Virus record (IMG/VR): IMGVR_UViG_3300028549_001457
Location: 214,786 to 278,785 of that record
Origin: a virus
Lineage: Duplodnaviria; Caudoviricetes
DNA: 64,000 nt
Direction: 5' to 3' (one strand)
Shown piece by piece: positions 28,644 to 38,171 of this stretch (position 1 is its first letter; the number at the start of each line of letters is the position of its first letter). The notes under the pieces are model-generated. The model was given only the letters and a program-made list of their open reading frames with translations. It had not been told where the DNA came from and searched no databases. The position numbers and the translations under genes were made by a program.

Positions 28644-29467
28644 TGGATTTAATTTTAACCAACGCACATCCTGGTGGGTTGAGCTTTACAATTGCTACGT
28701 TTAGTAGCACTGGGCTTAATGCAACCATATCCATTGGACTCATGCATTCCGTAAAAACTGGTGAGTTTTTTAAGGAACTCCCGTCTGAGACAGCTTCTGA
28801 AATAGAAGCGAGACGCAAGTATGGGTGGACTAGGGCGGAGGTAGCCCTCCTTGGAGATTATAGAGCTACCATGGCCGCGTTAACTCAAACGCATTTGGCC
28901 ACTCTAGGACAACAAGGTCGCACCACAAATCTAACAAGTCAAAATTTATTTAACTGGCTTGTGTCTATCTGGCCATCTATTCGTACCTACTTTGTAAATA
29001 GTGTTAGACGAGGCGTTCCATACACGATATCTCTGGCCTGCCCAAACTTAGCCCCACCATCATTAGTAGCTGAGTTCTCGGATCTAACCGTCCCAGAGAT
29101 TGCCCCTGCGTATATACCAGCGCTGCAGGTTCATGTACCCCCATCGATTCCGTTCTCTGAGTTAGAAATAGTTGACCTAAATCAGTTCCATAAAACACAT
29201 GCTAAGGCAGCAATTCTTTACCCGACTCCTGGGACCCAGGTTTTATCTGGGAGCCCCGTAATGTTGAGTGCAGACCAGGGGCTTCAAGCCACAACTACGC
29301 ACAGGTTCACTTGGTATATACCTGATAATCCAGTGTTATCGGGTATCCAGGTTGTGACCACGTTTACCTCTACCGTTAGTATGGTTGTCCCGGTTACCTT
29401 AATGGTAACCAATATTGCTACGGGTATCTCTGATGCTATTGTTACTTACGTAAATGTAGAGCCTTAA
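28643..29467 (+). CDS. Hypothetical protein, PKD-like beta-rich C-terminus
   Basis: Translationally coupled (TGATG); C-terminal HRFTWYIPD..LSG..V.TTF..T....VTL.V.N. Confidence 0.45.
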   Translation: MDLILTNAHPGGLSFTIATFSSTGLNATISIGLMHSVKTGEFFKELPSETASEIEARRKYGWTRAEVALLGDYRATMAALTQTHLATLGQQGRTTNLTSQNLFNWLVSIWPSIRTYFVNSVRRGVPYTISLACPNLAPPSLVAEFSDLTVPEIAPAYIPALQVHVPPSIPFSELEIVDLNQFHKTHAKAAILYPTPGTQVLSGSPVMLSADQGLQATTTHRFTWYIPDNPVLSGIQVVTTFTSTVSMVVPVTLMVTNIATGISDAIVTYVNVEP

Positions 29468-31318
29468 ATGACACACACATTTGGATCAACTCATTCAACC
29501 CCTCTTTGGGTCACTACTCGTGAGACTAACGGGACCTTGATGGGGGCACCATCCTTTGAGGTGGATCTGTCTCTAAAAATAGGCGGTGGGCCATCTGTGT
29601 CGGTTGTCTGGGATGAAGGCCCTGGATTGGGTGTGTGTAGCTACCCTCTTACCACTGAAATTTGCGGTATGCCCATGTCCTTAAGTATCGAGGCAGATGG
29701 GTTCGTATCCCCAGAGGGCCTCCCCCTATCCCCAGCTTCAACACACCCTTCATCTATTCTAGGGATCCTACCTAATACCATAGTCCCCCTGAGCAATTTT
29801 GTGACTAGTCAAACATGTTTCCATTTTATTAGCTTGCATCCTATCACGAAGCTATTAGCTCTGGGATCATATGCTCCTATGGACCCATCACTCCTAACAT
29901 GGTCTATGTTGCCTTCGGTGGTCGCAGACGCATTGAGTTTCCAAATAACCTTGGCAGAGAATAAACTCCTTGTAAATGCTCGACTTGAATCCGATATCCT
30001 GTCGTTTGTATGCCCCATCCCTGATGTTACCAATAGCTCTTTAGCATCTGTTAGTTTTACTCAGTTTGCAGGGGGGACACCAGGGTACTCCAGGGATATT
30101 TTAGCTTCCTCGCTATTAAACGGGAGGCCTTTGCTTGTATGCAAAGAGCTTTATGGTGCGTCCGTGTGGCTCCCATCCCAAGGTTCTCTCCTAGGTGTCA
30201 ATGAGGTCATTAACGGATTAGAGAGTGATGTTGATATTTCAAAAGCAGTAGTAATTGGGAACCCAACAACTATATGGCTTTTAGGCATTACAAGTGGACT
30301 CCCAGAATTAATAAAATATGACCTTTTAGACACCCCTCACTATTATGGATGCGCCAATTATTCTGATCTAGAGTGGTCAGATATATCTGTAACCCCCAGT
30401 GGCGTGTTTCTAACCTCGCAATCTGGCTTGTGGAAGTTTAACGGAAGTGGATCTGATGGGGGTAGCACCTGGGAAGGTTTCGGGGGGCCTCCTGCACTGG
30501 GGGTGTTGCCTGTTGTTTGGTCGGATGGTGACCCTCTCGACCCCTCAACCAATACGTCTATTATTGGGGTCCATGTTCTTACAAATACTCAGTATCCCCT
30601 AGAAGCTTCTTCAGAGACTCTCAGCCTAATTACAACTGAGTTCTTTAGGTTTGCTAGTCTAGAAGAAACTCCTTCGTGGGCTTCTTCTATTAATATCCAA
30701 CCCGTGGCCTTAGATACCCCTAGGTGGGATGATAGAATTGTATATAATGCCCCGGAGGTTGTGAAACCCACCCCCGGAAACACTAACCTAAGGTTGTTAG
30801 CAACCCCCCCATTCACTACGTCAGGTCCTTTGAACAGACTAGACCCCACCGGGTCCTACATTGTTAGTCAGAATGTTCCCCCCACCCCCAACCCAGTATC
30901 GGTCCAGGGGCTCTTAGTTGCTACCTCATCTCAGATATATCAGGCCCCTCACCCTGATGTTAAATTGGGGTATTCTTTATTGAAAATATCAGCCCCCGAA
31001 CCTGCCTTGGCTAAGTTGGAAGCTACCTACTTCCCTTTGCAGCTACCTCAGTCAGAGCTAGGAGTCATAATAGATCCCGCGTTAGTTACTACTTTTAAGG
31101 CTATTCTAACCACATCCAATACTCTCAAAGTAAGCCTGATTGCGCTAAACACTGCATTTATTCATTTGGGTTCTGACAAGACTGAGCTGCCCCCCGTTCT
31201 AATTGACTATGAAATCCCCTACCCCAGTGGTCTCGAAGAACTCTCAGCAACCCTACATAATACTGACCATGTAACGACTGTTTTTACATCTGTTTACAAT
31301 AGTTTAGGTGCCTTTTAA
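29468..31318 (+). CDS. Hypothetical beta-rich protein (probably structural)
   Basis: 616-aa ORF abutting the previous gene; no recognised motif. Confidence 0.45.
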   Translation: MTHTFGSTHSTPLWVTTRETNGTLMGAPSFEVDLSLKIGGGPSVSVVWDEGPGLGVCSYPLTTEICGMPMSLSIEADGFVSPEGLPLSPASTHPSSILGILPNTIVPLSNFVTSQTCFHFISLHPITKLLALGSYAPMDPSLLTWSMLPSVVADALSFQITLAENKLLVNARLESDILSFVCPIPDVTNSSLASVSFTQFAGGTPGYSRDILASSLLNGRPLLVCKELYGASVWLPSQGSLLGVNEVINGLESDVDISKAVVIGNPTTIWLLGITSGLPELIKYDLLDTPHYYGCANYSDLEWSDISVTPSGVFLTSQSGLWKFNGSGSDGGSTWEGFGGPPALGVLPVVWSDGDPLDPSTNTSIIGVHVLTNTQYPLEASSETLSLITTEFFRFASLEETPSWASSINIQPVALDTPRWDDRIVYNAPEVVKPTPGNTNLRLLATPPFTTSGPLNRLDPTGSYIVSQNVPPTPNPVSVQGLLVATSSQIYQAPHPDVKLGYSLLKISAPEPALAKLEATYFPLQLPQSELGVIIDPALVTTFKAILTTSNTLKVSLIALNTAFIHLGSDKTELPPVLIDYEIPYPSGLEELSATLHNTDHVTTVFTSVYNSLGAF

Positions 31319-31345
31319 GGCTAGATCTATTGTATAGCTTCACCT

Positions 31346-31388
31346 AATCCTAGGGACGTTCTTAATTGAGCCGACCTAGGATTTTTTC
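31346..31388 (+). terminator. Intrinsic terminator-like hairpin closing the late region
   Basis: AATCCTAGG (31346-54) / CCTAGGATT (31375-83) followed by a T-run. Confidence 0.6.
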
Positions 31389-31482
31389 TATAGGTGAACT
31401 GACTTAAGGTAGACCTCTGATTAATACTCTCTTTTAGTAGTGTAGGACTTCTGATTAGACTTGCACACTCCCAGGCCATATT

Positions 31483-32154
31483 ATGGAGCAACTCATGCCA
31501 CAAAACCTATGGACTTCCGACATTTTAAAGCGTTCTGGCCACCAAATGAATCAGGACATTTTACGAGCCTTTCATGAATACTGTTCTGGGGGTAAAAAAC
31601 CCCTCCCTATAAACCTCTTATCAGCGGCAACCTTCTCTGCATTAGTGTTAGCCAACTTAAATCCAGACACGAAGAAGAGGGATCTTATGTATTATCTTCT
31701 TCAGCAAGCCGCCCATCCCAAAACGTATAAGAAACTTAAAGTTTTTAAATGGACCCCGGTTCAGTCTATTCTGGGTGCCTACGCCGATTTGAAAACTAAG
31801 GACTATAACCCATCTTTGTCTAGACTAGTGGATCTTCAAAAAGAGCGCCTATCTTTAGTTAGCCCATCATGGGGGTCTCTGGTTCCGGATAAAATTTATG
31901 CCCTAGCTCAGTTTGGAGGACTACCTACAGCACATCTAGACAAGCTTATTCTACCGTTTAGTCGCCAAACTCAGCTTGCATTTGCTGTGTATACAGGTGT
32001 TGAGATTAAGGGTCAGCCCAAGCTTATACATCATGAGTATCTCCGTCAGTTCTGTGCTTCGTGGGGCCATAATACGGGAACGCCAGATGCCAGCCCTCTC
32101 GACGTCAATTCAGGCCTGCATATCTATGGGGAGTCCGAGTTACGGGAAGAATAG
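31483..32154 (+). CDS. Hypothetical protein
   Basis: 223-aa ORF preceded by the TCTTTTAGTAG motif. Confidence 0.55.
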   Translation: MEQLMPQNLWTSDILKRSGHQMNQDILRAFHEYCSGGKKPLPINLLSAATFSALVLANLNPDTKKRDLMYYLLQQAAHPKTYKKLKVFKWTPVQSILGAYADLKTKDYNPSLSRLVDLQKERLSLVSPSWGSLVPDKIYALAQFGGLPTAHLDKLILPFSRQTQLAFAVYTGVEIKGQPKLIHHEYLRQFCASWGHNTGTPDASPLDVNSGLHIYGESELREE

Positions 32155-32210
32155 TTAGATTTTTCCATTAAACCCAACGTATCTTGGGTGTCCACAGTTT
32201 TGGAGATTCC

Positions 32211-32471
32211 ATGAAGCATCATCCTGATTGTTTTTCTACTGATGAAGATGGTCCACCCTGCACCTGTGGGTTGGATAGCCTCCACCTCCGTATTGCAGAA
32301 CTTGAGGCGGCTGGGACACAAACCGCAATCAACCTGATCTCCCAACTTGAAACCAATAACCAGGAACTCATCGCTCACAACGCTAAGTTGGAGTCTTTGC
32401 TTCTTACTATTCAGCGAAATTGTGCGCTACCTTCACCACTTTCGGCTCAAATCTACAAGCTAATACCTTAA
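32211..32471 (+). CDS. Small coiled-coil hypothetical protein
   Basis: RBS GGAG before ATG 32211; HHPDC..CTCG followed by heptad repeats. Confidence 0.5.
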   Translation: MKHHPDCFSTDEDGPPCTCGLDSLHLRIAELEAAGTQTAINLISQLETNNQELIAHNAKLESLLLTIQRNCALPSPLSAQIYKLIP

Positions 32472-32636
32472 GTCCTAAATTTATAATATCTACCCGGTGA
32501 CGAACCGCATGTCATCCATAGCCGCAGAGCCGGGGTCGAACAGATTGAGCGGGGGGTGTGACGGGCGGGAACAGACCGCCGAACGTTTCTGGGCAAAAGC
32601 CAGAGTCCCCACCATTTTCATAAGTTTGGAGTTCTC

Positions 32637-33305
32637 ATGAGTGTAATCTGTCCAGTTTGCCTAGGCAACATTGATTCTCCAGGGGTAGATCTCCCCCAAG
32701 ATCGCTGCACCTGTGGCCCTAAAGTAGTCGCCCTGATTAGGGAGAAGGACGCAGCCATTAAGAGGCATGATGAACTAGTTGAAATTATGCAGAAAACACA
32801 TAATAAAAATGAATCAATTCGTAGAAAACTCATGGAACTGCAAGCATACACACCCATCCAAAAGTTTAATATTGGTATAATTAGACAGGGAGCCCCTATA
32901 GTCAATACGAATAATGTTGATATTATCCGCCAAGGGGCTGGGTTCATTGCCGTAGAAATTGATATGCATACCAAGTGGTGTTTTATAGACTCGACTTTTT
33001 CAGGCAGCGAAGGTCAATTGGGGTTTTCTATCAGTGCAACAGATAGAAGCTGCCATCTTCAAGAAAATACAGATAAAGAGGATTGGACTGAAGTGGTCAT
33101 TGAAGACTTCAAATCCAGTGAATGGGCCATCTTCACTGTAGATTGTTGTAGGTATACTGTTAGATTGGTCCTTCTCCAATACCCTCAAGTGGTGAAACCA
33201 GAACTAGAAGACATTCGCAAAATATTCAATACATCAATGGATTCGGCTGTTGATTCAGTCCGAAGAATATTCGATATTATCCATCAACCAGAGGGGGAAC
33301 TGTGA
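32637..33305 (+). CDS. Hypothetical protein
   Basis: RBS GGAG; N-terminal CPVC..CTC, then a coiled coil. Confidence 0.55.
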   Translation: MSVICPVCLGNIDSPGVDLPQDRCTCGPKVVALIREKDAAIKRHDELVEIMQKTHNKNESIRRKLMELQAYTPIQKFNIGIIRQGAPIVNTNNVDIIRQGAGFIAVEIDMHTKWCFIDSTFSGSEGQLGFSISATDRSCHLQENTDKEDWTEVVIEDFKSSEWAIFTVDCCRYTVRLVLLQYPQVVKPELEDIRKIFNTSMDSAVDSVRRIFDIIHQPEGEL

Positions 33306-33473
33306 GTATCTCAAGTTCTAGTTATGCAAGTTACTCAGAGAGCGTCCGTGTTAAATGGGCTAAAGAATTGCGTGATGCATACATTTTGCGAGATTGGGCT
33401 GCTGTTGAAGCGCTCCTCACCAAACTTGAAACCCCGACATTTAGTGAATAAATACCCATAGTAGGGACTTATA

Positions 33474-33641
33474 ATGAAACGCATCTGGCAATGGATTCTG
33501 TTCGGGACGATCACGGAACACATCACAGCCCACGTAGCTGATCACGTTGTCTCTGAAATCGAATACCGAGGACGCGGAGGGAAGGTGGTGGGCTATTGGG
33601 CTTACGGATCTTTCGATCCTAATTATCCGTATCAAGGATGA
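33474..33641 (+). CDS. Small hypothetical protein (55 aa, below the ORF-track cutoff)
   Basis: RBS AGGGA; MKRIWQWILFG...YPYQG*; ATGA overlap with the next gene. Confidence 0.5.
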   Translation: MKRIWQWILFGTITEHITAHVADHVVSEIEYRGRGGKVVGYWAYGSFDPNYPYQG

Positions 33642-33934
33642 CCATGACTACGAAACGATATAGACCCCACCCATTTAAACCCGGCGTCCTGGAGGTCTAT
33701 TGGGGCGTGATGAAATATGAACCTGAGCCCACCATCATATACCATCGGGGGGATGGGTGTGCAAGACCAGACGGGCACCTTCTAGCTTCTGTGTTTGGGT
33801 GCAAGCGAGAGCGCATGGATTGGGGGCTTGGGCATACCGTCCATGATCCCAGCTTCCTGGAGGAACTAGAAGCGAGGGGCTATGACTTGACTACACTTAA
33901 ATTCAGCATTAAGAAGAAGCAATCCCCCGAGTGA
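33638..33934 (+). CDS. Hypothetical phage protein
   Basis: 98 aa, coupled start; FLEELEARGYDLTTLKFSI. Confidence 0.6.
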   Translation: MTMTTKRYRPHPFKPGVLEVYWGVMKYEPEPTIIYHRGDGCARPDGHLLASVFGCKRERMDWGLGHTVHDPSFLEELEARGYDLTTLKFSIKKKQSPE

Positions 33935-34111
33935 GGCCATGATAGCTGCATATATCTACCAGACCACTGTGCCAATTCGGATCACTCCAGAGGATGCCTT
34001 CCGCGCAGGTAAACTATTGGGGAAATCCCCTCTATATTTCTTACACTTACTTGAACATTACCCCATCACCACGACACCCTTACCCTATTATGGTGCCTAG
34101 GGAGGTAGCTA

Positions 34112-34327
34112 ATGATTGCTAAAGAGTCCTGTCCAAATGAATCCTGTAGAGGAACTTTGCACAAGTTCCATACTACTGATTGGTGGGAGTGTGATCACTG
34201 TCATTGGAAGGGGACCACTTCCGAAATTTTGGTTGTGAAAGCTCCCCCAATTTCTAAGCAGAAGCCATTGTCATTGGATTTTTTGGATAGCCCACCCGTA
34301 TCTAGGGCATGGGGGACCAGTGACTAA
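34112..34327 (+). CDS. Small Zn-ribbon protein
   Basis: RBS GGAGGT; CPNESC...WECDHC. Confidence 0.55.
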   Translation: MIAKESCPNESCRGTLHKFHTTDWWECDHCHWKGTTSEILVVKAPPISKQKPLSLDFLDSPPVSRAWGTSD

Positions 34328-36869
34328 CTCCGTAGAACGTATCCTGGCTGTGACCGATATGATGGCATCAGTTCAGGCGGCTTCCCCTGGGGAGAAGGAT
34401 GCAACGGGTTTCAGTAATGCTGATTTTCCGCTTGGAATGGTTCTATCCGTGACAGGGGACGTAGAGAAATCTGCGGCCCTGCTTTGGCTCTACACGGGTC
34501 AGGCTGAGGGGCACGGGATCTTGAAAGCGGATCTTTTGGAGCATTTGCCGGAAGATTTCGATGGGAGTAGGGCTTCCGCTAGAACCATTCTCAATGATGC
34601 CCGAACTAATCTTGAGGGCAAGCTAGGCTTCGTTGCTACTGAGTCTGGGGTGATTTTTAATGGGGTTCGTCTTGGCCTTGAGACCACTCGTTCCTTGAAA
34701 CGGCTGGGTGCTACCAGAACCTCTACGGGATGGTTGCTAGCTAACTCTCGGGTGCAGGAGGCTACCCGTGTCCTTGGTGCAACCATTCTCCATGCTGAAG
34801 CTCTGGAATCAATTATTGAGTCTTGCCCTCAGATGGTTATCCCTACTGGATCTCTTCCAGAAAAACAGAAGAATGGTATCACCTTTACTGTCTCAGAGAA
34901 TACTGTCAGTTGGACGTATTCTAGTGCCAACCCCCTGTTTGGACAGATTAAGGATATCGTGAAGAGTATTGGAGCGCGATACAATGGTGCGGGGGGTTGG
35001 GAAATGAAACCCGAGAATCTTTCCGTGCTAGCTCTGACCATGCTTGACCTCAACCTGGATAAGGTGGACACCTCTGCTCTGGAACCTTTTGTCACTTCGG
35101 ACCCTGAAATTCAGGCTCTGAAAGAAGAAATTGCAACTAACTCTTTGCGCGTCAAGCTTACCAAGGTTGGTGAGAACAAGGTTAAGCTCTCCATTCGTAA
35201 GTATCAGGAGAATTTCATCAGCGTTTGTCGCAACGCACAGGGACGTTATGATGGTGCGGGTGGATGGGTGGTTGATCAAACCTCTATCCCAGCTATTGCG
35301 GCGTCTCTCGCAACCAATCCTCAGTTTGATACCTCTGCGCTGGATGCTTTCCTGCCTTCGGAAGCTGATCTTGAGCATCGCCTTGCTTCGGATTCTGCCA
35401 TCCCCACCAAGACTCCCACAGGGTTTAGTCTTTTCCCCCATCAGGTTGATGATGTGGCCTTTTTGATCAAACCTGCGGCTGATGCCAAGGGCTGTTCCAA
35501 GTTGCTTGGCAATGACATGGGGACGGGCAAGACCCTGTCAAGTCTAGTGGCTGCAAACTTTAAATGCCCAACCGGGCGTTTCCTGGTGGTCGTTCCTGCT
35601 GTAGCCAAGCTTAACTGGGCTAAGGAAATCAAGAAGTGGATTGGTGCAGAGGAGAAGATTCAGGTGGTCGTTGGTCGCAGTGCGACACTGGACCCTGCGG
35701 CTCGTTGGACCATCATCAATTATGACATCATCAGCTATTACAAAGACGCTCTTATGAGCGCAAAGTTTGATATCGCTATCCTTGATGAGTGCCATCAGAT
35801 TAAGACCTATTCAACCCAGAGAGCGGCTGCACTGATTCCTACGTTTAATCGCACCACGCAGACCATGGATAAGGCAATTCTTTCGAATATTCCTAATGTC
35901 TGGACGATGACCGGAACCTTCATTATGAATAGAATGAAGGAACTCTTTACCACCCTTCGTGCTGTTGACCACCGATTGGGTCGGTCTAAGCGTCAATTTG
36001 AAGAACGCTACTGTGGCGGTGAGTCTCGCTATGTTGGTCATGGGCGCACGGTTTGGATGGCTAATGGTGCCTCCAACCTTCCCGAGTTGGCTTCTAAGTT
36101 GGCCCCCATCTATCGTAAAGTTATGAAGGTGGATGTTCTTAAGGACCTCCCCAATAAAATGCGTGATGACTTCCAGGTCGAAGTTTCCAACAAGGATTTG
36201 ATGGAAATCCGTAGACTGGAACGGGCTATTGAACTGGCCTTGGAAGGTGCTGACGAAGAGGACGAGGCTCCCTGCATCCTGCCTTACATTACGGAAATGA
36301 AGATTGCTACAGCTAGAATGAAGGTGGAAGCTACTCTGGCTGAGGCTGATGCTGTAGTTGACGCTGGGAACAAGGTGATTATTTTCACTGAGTATACTGA
36401 TGTTTTGCAGAGTATCCTTGAGCACTTCGGTGAAAAAGCTGTATATATTGATGGCTCCATCACGGGGGCTAAGCGGGAAGCTTCGGTAGAAGCCTTCCAA
36501 GACAACCCGGAAATCCGTGTTCTAGTAGGTAATATCAAGGCTTGCGGTGTGGCTATTACTCTGACTGCTGCCAGCCATGTTATCTTCAATGATAAGCCTT
36601 GGAACCCTGCTTTGGCTGCTCAGGCTGAAGATAGGGCCTACCGCATTGGTCAAACTAAGAGTGTTAACATCATTTATATGACCGCTCCTGGAACCTACGA
36701 TGAGCAACTCTCTGCCAAACTCCTCGAAAAGTCCACTCTAGTCACTAACTGGGAGTCCATGACCGAGGCGGAAGTTCAAGCTTTGAACCCTCGCTCTGAA
36801 ATGGAAGAGATTATTACTTATATTCGTAGTAAGAGAGTTGGACTTCCTATATATTCTCACCGTATCTAG
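34320..36869 (+). CDS. SNF2-family helicase/translocase with duplicated N-terminal HARP-like modules
   Basis: NDMGTGKT, LDECHQIK, MTGT, KVIIFT, ITLTAASHVIF, QAEDRAYRIGQ. N-terminal repeats GARYNGAGGW and GRYDGAGGW. Confidence 0.9.
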   Translation: MTNSVERILAVTDMMASVQAASPGEKDATGFSNADFPLGMVLSVTGDVEKSAALLWLYTGQAEGHGILKADLLEHLPEDFDGSRASARTILNDARTNLEGKLGFVATESGVIFNGVRLGLETTRSLKRLGATRTSTGWLLANSRVQEATRVLGATILHAEALESIIESCPQMVIPTGSLPEKQKNGITFTVSENTVSWTYSSANPLFGQIKDIVKSIGARYNGAGGWEMKPENLSVLALTMLDLNLDKVDTSALEPFVTSDPEIQALKEEIATNSLRVKLTKVGENKVKLSIRKYQENFISVCRNAQGRYDGAGGWVVDQTSIPAIAASLATNPQFDTSALDAFLPSEADLEHRLASDSAIPTKTPTGFSLFPHQVDDVAFLIKPAADAKGCSKLLGNDMGTGKTLSSLVAANFKCPTGRFLVVVPAVAKLNWAKEIKKWIGAEEKIQVVVGRSATLDPAARWTIINYDIISYYKDALMSAKFDIAILDECHQIKTYSTQRAAALIPTFNRTTQTMDKAILSNIPNVWTMTGTFIMNRMKELFTTLRAVDHRLGRSKRQFEERYCGGESRYVGHGRTVWMANGASNLPELASKLAPIYRKVMKVDVLKDLPNKMRDDFQVEVSNKDLMEIRRLERAIELALEGADEEDEAPCILPYITEMKIATARMKVEATLAEADAVVDAGNKVIIFTEYTDVLQSILEHFGEKAVYIDGSITGAKREASVEAFQDNPEIRVLVGNIKACGVAITLTAASHVIFNDKPWNPALAAQAEDRAYRIGQTKSVNIIYMTAPGTYDEQLSAKLLEKSTLVTNWESMTEAEVQALNPRSEMEEIITYIRSKRVGLPIYSHRI

Positions 36870-36903
36870 GTTAACGTAGAATTTGGCGGTAAAAGGAACT
36901 AGG

Positions 36904-37263
36904 ATGAAACTTAGGTATGTATCAAAATTCAAAAATATGCGCCGACCTTACTATGGGGTGGTTAGGCTGAATGGTCCTAGTGCCACCCTCTTCCTATTCA
37001 GTCTGCGGGTATCTCGACAATTGGATCGCGGAAAGATTGATCCCTCTACCCTCATGAACTTTCGCCGGGCTCTCATGCGAATTGTGGGTGCTGAAAAAGA
37101 ATATGACGGGTATATCTATTATCCTCTAGATTCTTTCAAGACTCTTGAGGATCTCGCGGGTCAGATCCATTATTGTTCTGACAGATGGTGCGCGGGGAGG
37201 GCTGCTTCGGTTATTGCAGCCATCAACCACCTTCTCGAAAAGGGGGCGTTTAGTGCTAATTGA
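36904..37263 (+). CDS. Hypothetical protein
   Basis: ATG 36904 within the 36883..37263 ORF, downstream of a CGTATCTAG motif. Confidence 0.5.
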   Translation: MKLRYVSKFKNMRRPYYGVVRLNGPSATLFLFSLRVSRQLDRGKIDPSTLMNFRRALMRIVGAEKEYDGYIYYPLDSFKTLEDLAGQIHYCSDRWCAGRAASVIAAINHLLEKGAFSAN

Positions 37264-37408
37264 GGGTCTATGTCCTTCCGTGGAGATTTTTGGGGGTGGA
37301 TCTATTCAAAGTGGTCGGGTAGACCCCTGGAGATTCCCCCCGCAAACCCACTTCCGCACACTCACCCTGTGCGCGGGTCTCACCACCTAAACAGTGGTGA
37401 GTGGATTG

Positions 37409-37434
37409 AAACAAACAAACAAACAAACAAACAA
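37409..37434. repeat. (AAAC)6.5 simple-sequence tract
   Basis: Read directly from the sequence; intergenic. Confidence 0.95.
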
Positions 37435-37468
37435 GCATCTTGAAACTACCCTCTAACAGGGAGGATCT

Positions 37469-37786
37469 GTGAATTCAATTACAACTCCAACGCTCAAGGA
37501 TCTACCCCCACCTCCTGAAAAGAAACACCTCAGACAGTTCTCGATCTGGTCTGAAGGGTATATGGCTTCAGGGGATAGAGCCACCGCTCAATACCTTGGC
37601 ACCTCCTGGGGAGAAACTTTTGAGGAAGCTTGTCAAAATTTTGCAACTCCAGAAGTCCAAAAACACTATGGGAGCTTCACCCCAAATCCCCCTGCACTTT
37701 GGGGGTGTAGGCTCTATGATAATGAAGTAGATGCTAGGCGATTTGAGCATCGGTATGGGTTCTCAGAAGATAAATCTGGCTGGTAG
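37469..37786 (+). CDS. Hypothetical protein
   Basis: RBS GGGAGGA, GTG start; IWSEGY..SG...WGCRLYDNE.DAR. Confidence 0.6.
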   Translation: MNSITTPTLKDLPPPPEKKHLRQFSIWSEGYMASGDRATAQYLGTSWGETFEEACQNFATPEVQKHYGSFTPNPPALWGCRLYDNEVDARRFEHRYGFSEDKSGW

Positions 37787-38158
37787 GTGGCTCAAAAAAA
37801 GGAGACCTGATGACACTGTTTATTAGAGATTCCAAGAACAAAACTCTAATAGAGTTCGAAGCTATCAAGAGGGAAGGAGAACTCGAACCCTCTGCCTGTT
37901 TGGACGTTACAGGTTATTCCCGCTTCCTAATCCTCCATTCTCCTAGGGAGCAAGATAAGATTATAGAAATATTTAATAACCTAGATGAAATTCGAGGATG
38001 GTATTACGAATGGTATCTTACAAATAGATCCAGACCGAGACCAGAAAACAAAGACGAAATGAAAATCCTTATTAGTTCTTTCCTCCTAGATTCTGGAGTA
38101 TATGAACTAGACGGTGTACACTTAGTAGAAGATTAGGATAAATCTGGCTGGTAGGTGG
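37769..38158 (+). repeat. 22-bp direct repeat GATAAATCTGGCTGGTAGGTGG at 37769-37790 and 38137-38158, flanking ORF 37810
   Basis: Two exact copies read from the sequence. Confidence 0.92.
37810..38136 (+). CDS. Hypothetical protein bounded by direct repeats
   Basis: RBS AAGGAG; 108 aa. Confidence 0.6.
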   Translation: MTLFIRDSKNKTLIEFEAIKREGELEPSACLDVTGYSRFLILHSPREQDKIIEIFNNLDEIRGWYYEWYLTNRSRPRPENKDEMKILISSFLLDSGVYELDGVHLVED

Positions 38159-38171
38159 ATCTTTTTCTGAG

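Noticed and set aside
37769-38158. Mini CRISPR array
   Set aside because: Only two 22-bp non-palindromic copies, separated by a 346-bp protein-coding spacer; no cas genes.
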